From positions 29,653 through 93,652 of the forward strand of contig JABHSE010000001.1 in the NCBI GenBank assembly GCA_018697035.1: 64,000 bases of DNA, given 5' to 3'. A model generated the notes under the pieces. It was not told where the DNA came from. It was given only the letters and a program-made list of their open reading frames with translations, and ran no database searches. Source of the stretch: an archaeon (GTDB lineage Archaea > Nanobdellota > Nanobdellia > Pacearchaeales > GW2011-AR1). The position numbers and the translations under genes were made by a program. Of the stretch, positions 7,405 through 14,896 are shown piece by piece; the stretch's first letter is position 1; every line of letters begins with the position of its first letter.

Positions 7405-9588
7405 ATGGTAAAAAAAATAAGAAAGAGAGATGGGAGCGTTGTGTTCTTTCAGCCTGATAAAATTGAGAATGCGATTTGGAAGTCGGTTCGAGCTGTTGGT
7501 GGGAAGGATAAAGATAGGGCTAGTGAGGTAGCTGGGCAGGTTGTTGAAAAGTTAGAGCGGATTTATGGGGAGCATGGGGTTGCTGATGTTGAGGATGTTC
7601 AGGATTTGATTGAGAAGGTTTTAATTGAGGAAGGGCACGCGAAGGTTTCGAAGGCGTTTATTTTGTATCGGAAGAGTCGAGAGGAACTTCGGGATGTTAA
7701 GGGTTTGTTTGATACGATCGAGGCTGTTGAGGATTATATTGGGTTGAATGATTGGATGGTTAAAGAGAATTCTAATATGGGTTATTCGCTGCAAGGGTTG
7801 AATAATTATATTGCAACTAAGATTGTTTCGAATTATTGGATGAGGCGGATTTATCCCGAGGCTATCCGAAAAGTTCACGAGGCTGGAGATATTCATGTTC
7901 ATGATTTGGGGACGCTTGGGGCTTATTGTGTTGGTTGGGATTTGAAGGATTTATTGACGGTTGGGTTTAAGGGTGTGAAGGGTAAAGTTGAAAGTAAGCC
8001 TGCTAAACACTTGAGGACGGCGCTCGGACAGATGGTTAATTTCTTTTATACTTTGCAGGGTGAATCGGCTGGTGCTCAGGCATTTAGCAATTTTGATACA
8101 CTTCTTGCTCCGTTTATTCGTTATGATAAATTGGACTATAAGCAGGTTAAACAGTCGATGCAGGAATTTGTTTTTAATATGGCTGTGCCGACGAGGGTTG
8201 GTTTTCAGACGCCGTTTACGAATATCACTATGGATTTGGAGGTGCCGAATTACATGAAGGATGAGCATGTTGTCATCGGTGGAGAGTTGAAGATGGAGAA
8301 ATATGGAGATTTTCAGAAAGAGATGGATATTATTAATAAGGCGTTTGCGGAGTGTATGATTGAGGGAGATGCTAGTGGACAAGTTTTTACCTTTCCGATT
8401 CCGACTTATAACATTACGAAGGATTTTGATTTTGATAAGCCGGAGCATGAGTTGATATGGGAAATGACGGCGAAGTATGGGATTCCCTATTTTTCGAATT
8501 TTGTTAATTCTGATATGAAGCCTGAGGATTCTCGGAGTATGTGTTGTCGTTTGAGGATTGATAATACTGAATTGAAGAAGAGAGGTGGTGGTTTGTTTGG
8601 GGCGAATCCTTTGACTGGTTCGATTGGTGTTGTGACTATGAATATGGCGAGACTTGGTTATGTGTCGACGAGTGAGGATGATTTTATGGGAAGGCTGGAT
8701 CGTTTGATGGAGTTGGCAAAAGAGAGTCTTGAGATTAAGAGGAAGGCGATTGAGCGGTTTACTGAAATGGGGCTTTATCCTTATTCTAAGTTTTATCTTC
8801 GGGTTGTTCATGAAAGGTTTGGGGAGTATTGGAAAAATCATTTTGGGACGATTGGTTTGCTTGGTATGAATGAGTCTGTGAAGAATTTTATGCCTGGCGA
8901 AGATATTACTACGGAGAAGGGTAGGGCTTTTGCCTTGAAGGTTTTGGATTTTATGAGGGATAGATTGACAGGATATCAGGAGGAGACGGGGAGTATTTAT
9001 AATTTGGAGGCGACTCCAGGAGAAGGGACGACCTATAGATTTGCTCGGACGGATAAGAAGAGATTTGGCAGAATTATTGTTGCGAATGAGGAGGCTGTGA
9101 AGCTTGGGGCTAAGCCTTATTATACAAATTCGTCGCAGTTGCCTGTCGACTTTACGGACGATGTTTTTGAGGCGTTAGATTTGCAGGATGAAATCCAATG
9201 TAAGTATACTGGTGGGACGGTGTTTCATACTTTTGTTGGAGAGAGGATGACTACGGATGCTGTTAAGAATATGGTTAAGAAGATTGCGTTTGGTTATCAC
9301 TTGCCTTACTTTACGATTTCTCCTACGTTTTCGATTTGTCCTAATCATGGGTATTTGAGTGGGGAGCATGAGTATTGTCCGAAATGTGATTTGGAGATTG
9401 CGGAAGGGAATGTTGCTATTGCCGAGGATGTTGTTTTGGAGGAGGAGGCTGAGAAGAAGATTGTTGAGGTTGAAGATGCTGATGTTTTAATGAAGCCGAT
9501 TGCTATTGAGGTAAAGAAGGTTAGTGCGTTTGGCGAGGGTGAAGAATCTAAATTAAATAAGAGAGGTGATATTGATGGCGAGGACTAA
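7405..9588 (+). CDS. nrdD: anaerobic ribonucleoside-triphosphate reductase (class III RNR), NrdD
   Basis: N-terminal ATP-cone (VKKIRKRDGSVV). Core CCRLRIDNTELKKRGGGLFGANPLTGS. C-terminal Cys cluster with a Gly in ICPNHGYLSGEHEYCPKCD. 727 aa. Confidence 0.8.
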   Translation: MVKKIRKRDGSVVFFQPDKIENAIWKSVRAVGGKDKDRASEVAGQVVEKLERIYGEHGVADVEDVQDLIEKVLIEEGHAKVSKAFILYRKSREELRDVKGLFDTIEAVEDYIGLNDWMVKENSNMGYSLQGLNNYIATKIVSNYWMRRIYPEAIRKVHEAGDIHVHDLGTLGAYCVGWDLKDLLTVGFKGVKGKVESKPAKHLRTALGQMVNFFYTLQGESAGAQAFSNFDTLLAPFIRYDKLDYKQVKQSMQEFVFNMAVPTRVGFQTPFTNITMDLEVPNYMKDEHVVIGGELKMEKYGDFQKEMDIINKAFAECMIEGDASGQVFTFPIPTYNITKDFDFDKPEHELIWEMTAKYGIPYFSNFVNSDMKPEDSRSMCCRLRIDNTELKKRGGGLFGANPLTGSIGVVTMNMARLGYVSTSEDDFMGRLDRLMELAKESLEIKRKAIERFTEMGLYPYSKFYLRVVHERFGEYWKNHFGTIGLLGMNESVKNFMPGEDITTEKGRAFALKVLDFMRDRLTGYQEETGSIYNLEATPGEGTTYRFARTDKKRFGRIIVANEEAVKLGAKPYYTNSSQLPVDFTDDVFEALDLQDEIQCKYTGGTVFHTFVGERMTTDAVKNMVKKIAFGYHLPYFTISPTFSICPNHGYLSGEHEYCPKCDLEIAEGNVAIAEDVVLEEEAEKKIVEVEDADVLMKPIAIEVKKVSAFGEGEESKLNKRGDIDGED

Positions 9589-9707
9589 GTGTGAAGTTTG
9601 GAGTAGGGTTGTGGGTTATTTGAGACCGACTGTTCGATGGAATGATGGGAAATTAGCTGAATTTGGTGATAGGACTACTTTCGGTTCCTGCTAATTTTCC
9701 TGCTGAT

Positions 9708-9800
9708 TTCTAGCGGTTTATACTTCGTTGGACGAACGCTCACGTACTCTTGTACGCTTCGCAACCGTCCGCCTCGTCTAAACCTGCTGTAAATCAGCAT
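9708..9800 (+). repeat. structured intergenic element, family A copy 1
   Basis: tctagcggtttatacttcgtt-ggacg-aacgctca-cgtac-tctt-gtacg-cttcgcaac-cgtcc-gcctcgtctaaacctgctgtaaatcagca. Confidence 0.75.
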
Positions 9801-9860
9801 GGTTTTTATTATATGGTTTAGTATAATAATTATTATAAGTGGCTGTTGTGTTTTTTTATT

Positions 9861-10340
9861 ATGGAGGATGATTTGCGTTTTCAGAAGAGTAATAGTAATT
9901 TTATTGAGAGGTTTTGGGGAGGGTATGTTTCTATTGAGCGAGGTGGCGGATATCAAGTTAAGAGGTTGACTTTGAAGCCTGGTAAGCGGATTAGTTTGCA
10001 GAAGCATTTACATCGGTCGGAGCATTGGGTTGTTGTGTCTGGGGTTGCTAAGATTGTGCTTGGTGGTGAGAGTATTGTTTTGGGAAAAAATGAATCTACT
10101 TATGTTGGTGTTGGGGTTGTTCATCGGTTGGAGAATATGGGGAAGATTGATCTTGAGATTATTGAGGTTCAGATGGGTGAGTATTTGGGTGAGGATGATA
10201 TTGAGAGGTTCGAAGATGATTTTGGACGGGTTGATGGAGAGGACTTGTCTACGGATTATATGGGTGGCCATGGATTTGAGAGTGAGGTTGATTTGGTTAG
10301 TGAGGAGTTTTGTATTGGGGAAGGGTGTGGGGAAGAATGA
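9861..10340 (+). CDS. cupin-domain protein (phosphomannose-isomerase-type cupin)
   Basis: GYQVKRLTLKPGKRISLQKHLHRSEHWVVVSG is a cupin_2 core. An acidic C-terminal tail follows. Confidence 0.5.
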   Translation: MEDDLRFQKSNSNFIERFWGGYVSIERGGGYQVKRLTLKPGKRISLQKHLHRSEHWVVVSGVAKIVLGGESIVLGKNESTYVGVGVVHRLENMGKIDLEIIEVQMGEYLGEDDIERFEDDFGRVDGEDLSTDYMGGHGFESEVDLVSEEFCIGEGCGEE

Positions 10341-11044
10341 AGATTGCGGGATTGCAAAAAGTTTCGACGATTGATTATCCTGGGGAAATTTGTTGTGTGG
10401 TTTTTTTATTTGGTTGTAATTTTAGATGTGGGTTTTGTTATAACCCAGAATTGGTTGTTGGAGATGGTAAGCAGGAATTAGGGTTTTCTCAGGATGAGGT
10501 TTTGGAATTTTTATCTAGACGGATTGGGAAGTTAGATGGGGTTTGTATTTCGGGAGGCGAGCCTTTGATGAGTTTGGATTTTGATTTTGTGAAGAAGGTT
10601 AAGGAGATGGGATTTAAGATTAAAATTGACACTAATGGGAGTTTTCCTGATAAGCTTAAAGATTTGATTGATGAGGGGTTTGTTGATTATATTGCGATGG
10701 ATGTTAAGGGTGCGCGGGATGATTATTTTGAAATTGTGAATGCTGATGTTTGTTTGGAAAAGATTGAAAGGTCTATTAAGATTGTGAATGATTTCGGGGG
10801 TGAGTTCCGGACGACGATTGTTCCAGGGTTACATGATGTGGATAGTGTTTTGGAAATGGGCGAGTGGATGGGGCGTGTTTGTGGGAGGCCACCTGGGAAG
10901 ATTTTTTTGCAGGGGTTTAAGGTTTCTCATGATGGAATGATTGATTCGGCGTTTTTGAAGAAGGTTGATGTTTTGGAGGGGGAGTTGTTGAGGATGAAGG
11001 TGGAGGTTGAGGGGTTGTTTGGAGAAGTTGGGGTTCGGGTGTAG
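10337..11044 (+). CDS. nrdG: anaerobic RNR activating enzyme NrdG (radical SAM)
   Basis: CNFRCGFCYN matches the radical-SAM CxxxCxxC. Its start overlaps the cupin stop (ATGA). Confidence 0.75.
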   Translation: MKIAGLQKVSTIDYPGEICCVVFLFGCNFRCGFCYNPELVVGDGKQELGFSQDEVLEFLSRRIGKLDGVCISGGEPLMSLDFDFVKKVKEMGFKIKIDTNGSFPDKLKDLIDEGFVDYIAMDVKGARDDYFEIVNADVCLEKIERSIKIVNDFGGEFRTTIVPGLHDVDSVLEMGEWMGRVCGRPPGKIFLQGFKVSHDGMIDSAFLKKVDVLEGELLRMKVEVEGLFGEVGVRV

Positions 11045-11045
11045 A

Positions 11046-12278
11046 TTAATTTATTTTTTGTGCTAGTCTTTCTATTGCGTTTATGTAAGCGGCTATCCTT
11101 GTCGATGTTTGATGTTTTGTTTTTTTATTTAAGATTTCTTGTGTTGCATTGAACATTTTTTCTTTTAGTTTTTTGTCAACCTCTTCTGCTGTCCAGGATT
11201 CTTTGTTTATATTTTGATACCATTCGTAATAAGATACGGTTACACCGCCTGCGTTTGCTAGGATGTCTGGGAGGATAAGGATGTTTTTGGATTCTAGGAT
11301 TTTGTCGGCTTCAGGAGTTGTTGGTCCGTTTGCTAATTCTAGGATTATTTTTGCTTTTATTTGTTCTGCGTTTTTTTCTGTGATTTGATTTGCTAGGGCT
11401 GCTGGGACGAGGATGTCGCATTCTAATTCTAATAATTCTTGATTTGTTATTGTAGTTGTGTTAGGAATATCTTGCAGGTTGCCGTTTTGTTTTTTGTGTT
11501 CTAATACTGATTTGATATCTAGTCCTTCTTGGTTATATATTGCGTTTTTAGAATCTGAGATTGCGATGATTTTTGAATTGTCTTCTGATATTAGTTTTGC
11601 GAAGTTGCTTCCTGCGTTGCCGATTCCTTGTATTATTATGGTGGCGTTTTTTAGGGTTGAGATTATCTGGGTTTGTTCGATTGCTTTTTGTAAGACGAAT
11701 TGTCCGCCTCTTGCTGTTGCTGTGTCTCGTCCTAGTGAGCCTCCGTTCTCGATGGATTTTCCTGTGACTACTGCTCTCGCTTCTTCTATTGGTGTGGAAG
11801 TTTGTTTAGAGTATTCGTCTACTATGATGTCCATGATTTTGGCATTGGTGTATACGTCTGGTGCTGGGATGTCTTGTTGTGGTCCGATTACTGGTGTTAT
11901 TTTTTTTATGAAGGCGCGTGTTATGTTTTCTAGTTCTTTGTCTGATAATTCTTTTGGGTTACAGATTACACCACCTTTTCCGCCGCCTAGTGGGAGTCCT
12001 ACTGTCGCTGTTTTTATTGTCATCCAGGTTGCTAGTGCTGAGACTTCGTTTAGGTCGACTTGTGGATGGTATCGGATTCCGCCTTTGTATGGGCCGAGTA
12101 GAGAATTGTGTTGGATTCTGTATCCTGTGAATATCTTTGTTGAATCGTCGTCCATTTTGACTGGGAAGTTGACTTTTGTTTCTCGCTCGGTGTTTAGGAT
12201 TATGTTTAATTTTTCTTGTGAGAGGTTTAATTTTTCTGCGGCTTTTTTTATTATTGTTTTTGCGTTTTCTAATTCCAT
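11046..12278 (-). CDS. gdhA: glutamate dehydrogenase
   Basis: KGGIRYHPQVDLNEVSALATWMTIKTATVGLPLGGGKGG is the Glu/Leu/Phe/Val dehydrogenase signature. 410 aa. Confidence 0.85.
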   Translation of the reverse strand: MELENAKTIIKKAAEKLNLSQEKLNIILNTERETKVNFPVKMDDDSTKIFTGYRIQHNSLLGPYKGGIRYHPQVDLNEVSALATWMTIKTATVGLPLGGGKGGVICNPKELSDKELENITRAFIKKITPVIGPQQDIPAPDVYTNAKIMDIIVDEYSKQTSTPIEEARAVVTGKSIENGGSLGRDTATARGGQFVLQKAIEQTQIISTLKNATIIIQGIGNAGSNFAKLISEDNSKIIAISDSKNAIYNQEGLDIKSVLEHKKQNGNLQDIPNTTTITNQELLELECDILVPAALANQITEKNAEQIKAKIILELANGPTTPEADKILESKNILILPDILANAGGVTVSYYEWYQNINKESWTAEEVDKKLKEKMFNATQEILNKKTKHQTSTRIAAYINAIERLAQKIN

Positions 12279-12469
12279 TTACTTTTTAGGTTGTTTTTGT
12301 TTTTAGTTGTTTGTTATCAGTGTTGACATGCTTACTAATGTAAGTGGCTCTTGGTCCTTCGTTTTATTCCATAAGAAATCACGGCACCTTCGGCACACAT
12401 GATTTCCTATGGGCACTTATAGGATTTTATATAATAATTTTTATATAGTGATTTTTAGTTGAATTTTGT

Positions 12470-13147
12470 ATGGCACCAATAAAACAAAGCGTACCCTTGA
12501 AGGGCAAGAATATTTTGAAGGGGAGGTATCGGCATTTTAAGGGAGGTGAATATGAAGTTTTGTCTGTTGCTTCTAATTGTGATAATCCCGAGCAGGAGCT
12601 TGTTGTTTATCGGGCGCTTTATGGGGAGGGTAAGATTTGGGTTCGGTTGTTGAGTGAGTTTATTGGGTTTAAGGATATTGGTGGGAAGAAGGTTGAGAGA
12701 TTTGAGAAGATTGGTGACGAGGGGAAAGGGGTTTGTGTTAGGGTTAAGAGATTGAGAGAGGATGCGGTTTTGCCGAAGTATGCTCGTGAAGGGGATGCTG
12801 CGATGGATGTTGTTGCTGTTTCTAAGAGAGTTTGTGATAATTATATAGAATATGGGACTGGTTTGGCTTTTGAGGTTCCTGAAGGTCATGTGATGTTGAT
12901 GTTTCCTCGGAGCAGTAATACCAAGAGTGATTTGATTTTGGGGAACTCAGTTGGGGTTTTGGATTCTGGGTATCGTGGGGAGTTGATGATTAGGTTTAAT
13001 GTTATTGGGGACAAGGGGCATTATGAGGTTGGAGATAGGATTGTGCAGATTATGATTTTGCCTTGTCCTGAGGTTGAGTTTGTGGAGAGTGAGGAGTTGT
13101 CGGAGAGTTCAAGGGGAGAGGGGCGGTTTGGGTCGACTGGGAAGTAG
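12470..13147 (+). CDS. dut: dUTP diphosphatase with an N-terminal DUF1653-like domain
   Basis: C-terminal dUTPase motifs: LPKYAREGDAAMD, DSGYRGEL, and a GEGRFGSTG tail. N-terminal GRYRHFKGGEYEVL...ELVVYRALYGEGKIWVR resembles DUF1653. TATA box at about 12440. Confidence 0.7.
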   Translation: MAPIKQSVPLKGKNILKGRYRHFKGGEYEVLSVASNCDNPEQELVVYRALYGEGKIWVRLLSEFIGFKDIGGKKVERFEKIGDEGKGVCVRVKRLREDAVLPKYAREGDAAMDVVAVSKRVCDNYIEYGTGLAFEVPEGHVMLMFPRSSNTKSDLILGNSVGVLDSGYRGELMIRFNVIGDKGHYEVGDRIVQIMILPCPEVEFVESEELSESSRGEGRFGSTGK

Positions 13148-13195
13148 AGGATTTAGTATAGTAGTCTTTATATATTTTTGAGAGTATGTTAGATT

Positions 13196-14230
13196 ATGAT
13201 TATTGGGATTACTGGGACGTTTGGTGCTGGGAAGGGAACGGTTGTTGAGTTTTTGAAAGAGAAGGGTTTTGAGCATTTTTCGGTTAGGGAGTTTTTGATT
13301 GAGGAGATTTCGAAGAGGGGTTTGGAGGTTAGTCAAGGGAATATGGCTTCTGTTGCTAATGACTTGAGGGCTAAGAATGGGGCGAGTTATATTGTTGAGG
13401 AGTTGTATCGGAAGGCTGCGCTTTCAAGGGGGGATGTTGTTATTGAGAGTTTGAGGTGTCCTGGTGAGGTTGAGGTACTTAAGGGGAAAGATGGTTTTGT
13501 TTTGTGGGCGGTGGATGCTGATATTGAGAATAGGTATACTCGGACGATTGAAAGGAGTGATAGTGTTGGGGATGAGAAGGGTTTTTCGTTTCAGCAGTTT
13601 ATGCAAAGGGAACAGGAGCAAATGGGGAATAAGGATCCGACGATGCAGAACTTAGGGGTTTGTATTGAGATGGCGGATGTTGTTTTCCGGAACGATTGGA
13701 CGATTGCGGAATTGAAGGGGAAAGTGGAGAAGGTGCTTGAGAAGAAGATTGATGGGAATGTGAGACCTAGTTGGGATGAGTATTTTATGAAGTTGGCGGC
13801 TTTGGTTGGAGAGAGGTCAACTTGTTTAAGACATAATATTGGTGCTATTATTGTTAAAGATAAGAGGGTTATTACTACTGGTTATAATGGTTCGGCTAAG
13901 GGGATGCCTAATTGTGTTGAGGTTGGGTGCTTGAAGGATGAGTTGGGGATTAAGACTGGAACTGGACATGAGACTTGTCGCGCTGTTCATGCTGAGATGA
14001 ATGCAATTATTCAAGGAGCTTCACATGGTATTTCCGTTGAAGGGACTACTATATATTGTACTCATACTCCGTGCACTCTTTGTGCTAGGATGATTGTGAA
14101 TGCGGGGATAAAGAGGGTAGTTAGTTATCGTGATTATTCTGATGAGGGAGCTAGAAAGTTTTTGGAAAAAGCGAATGTTGTTTTGGATAAGATTGGTAGA
14201 CCTTCTGATAAAATAAGGTTTGTGGATTAA
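13196..14230 (+). CDS. P-loop (d)NMP-kinase-like domain fused to dCMP deaminase
   Basis: N-terminal Walker A IGITGTFGAGKGT. C-terminal deaminase Zn motifs HAEMNAI and PCTLCA. Confidence 0.65.
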   Translation: MIIGITGTFGAGKGTVVEFLKEKGFEHFSVREFLIEEISKRGLEVSQGNMASVANDLRAKNGASYIVEELYRKAALSRGDVVIESLRCPGEVEVLKGKDGFVLWAVDADIENRYTRTIERSDSVGDEKGFSFQQFMQREQEQMGNKDPTMQNLGVCIEMADVVFRNDWTIAELKGKVEKVLEKKIDGNVRPSWDEYFMKLAALVGERSTCLRHNIGAIIVKDKRVITTGYNGSAKGMPNCVEVGCLKDELGIKTGTGHETCRAVHAEMNAIIQGASHGISVEGTTIYCTHTPCTLCARMIVNAGIKRVVSYRDYSDEGARKFLEKANVVLDKIGRPSDKIRFVD

Positions 14231-14280
14231 TCCATACAATACTTAAGTTTTTAAATTAATTATATGATATAGTTTTATTG

Positions 14281-14355
14281 GCTCCGTAGCTCAGCCTGGT
14301 TAGAGCACTGGACTTTTAATCCAGGTGTCGGGGGTTCAAATCCCCTCGGGGCCAT
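14281..14355 (+). tRNA. tRNA-Lys (anticodon TTT)
   Basis: Cloverleaf read by eye. Acceptor ggctccg/cggggcc with one G-U pair, anticodon stem ctgga/tccag, loop cttttaa, T-loop ttcaaat. 75 nt. Confidence 0.8.
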
Positions 14356-14530
14356 GTTAGATTTGAACGCACAGGGGTTCACCCAGTAGGTGATCTGGTG
14401 ATCAAAATCCCCTCGGGGCCATGCCGGGTATTTGAACAACCTTCGTTTCAAAGAAACTCGGAACGAAAATTAAACATTTTCTGAAAAGTTTATTTCTTCG
14501 AAAAAACTTTTAATCCCCTCGGGGCCATGT
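14339..14530 (+). repeat. three direct copies of the 3'-terminal 18 nt of tRNA-Lys (aatcccctcggggccatg)
   Basis: Copies at 14339-14357 (inside the tRNA), 14407-14424 and 14513-14530. Confidence 0.8.
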
Positions 14531-14643
14531 TTTTTATTTTGTCAGTTTTTTGACCCGAACCACTATGTAATAACAAAAGTCGAAAGGTTTTTAAAGGGAT
14601 TTTTGATGTTTTGATTATCTAAAGGGATATTCTAAAAGGTAAA

Positions 14644-14838
14644 ATGCACGTACTCCAACCAAAGCACGAGAAACTGACGGGTGAAGAGGTTGAGAAACTT
14701 TTGAAAAAGTTTAATATTAACTCGATGCAGTTACCTAAGATTTCTAAAAAGGATCCGGCGCTTTCTGAGGATTGTGATACGGGCGATATTGTGAAGATTT
14801 CTAGAGCCGATGAAGAATACTTCAGGGTCGTGATTTAG
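14644..14838 (+). CDS. rpoH: DNA-directed RNA polymerase subunit H (Rpb5-like)
   Basis: MQLPKISKKDPALS...GDIVKISRADEEYFRVVI matches the RpoH consensus. Sits immediately upstream of rpoB. Confidence 0.75.
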   Translation: MHVLQPKHEKLTGEEVEKLLKKFNINSMQLPKISKKDPALSEDCDTGDIVKISRADEEYFRVVI

Positions 14839-14896
14839 ATGGCCGAAGTAACATTAAAAATATTTCATACAGACATTTGTTCGCTTGAGGTGAAAA

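Noticed and set aside
12330-12420. Imperfect hairpin gaaatcacggcaccttcggcacacatgatttc upstream of gdhA, considered as a riboswitch or terminator.
   Set aside because: Only the outer 7-bp stem pairs. The inner GC segment is not self-complementary. It is a single occurrence with no conservation evidence, so it is left as unexplained promoter-region sequence.
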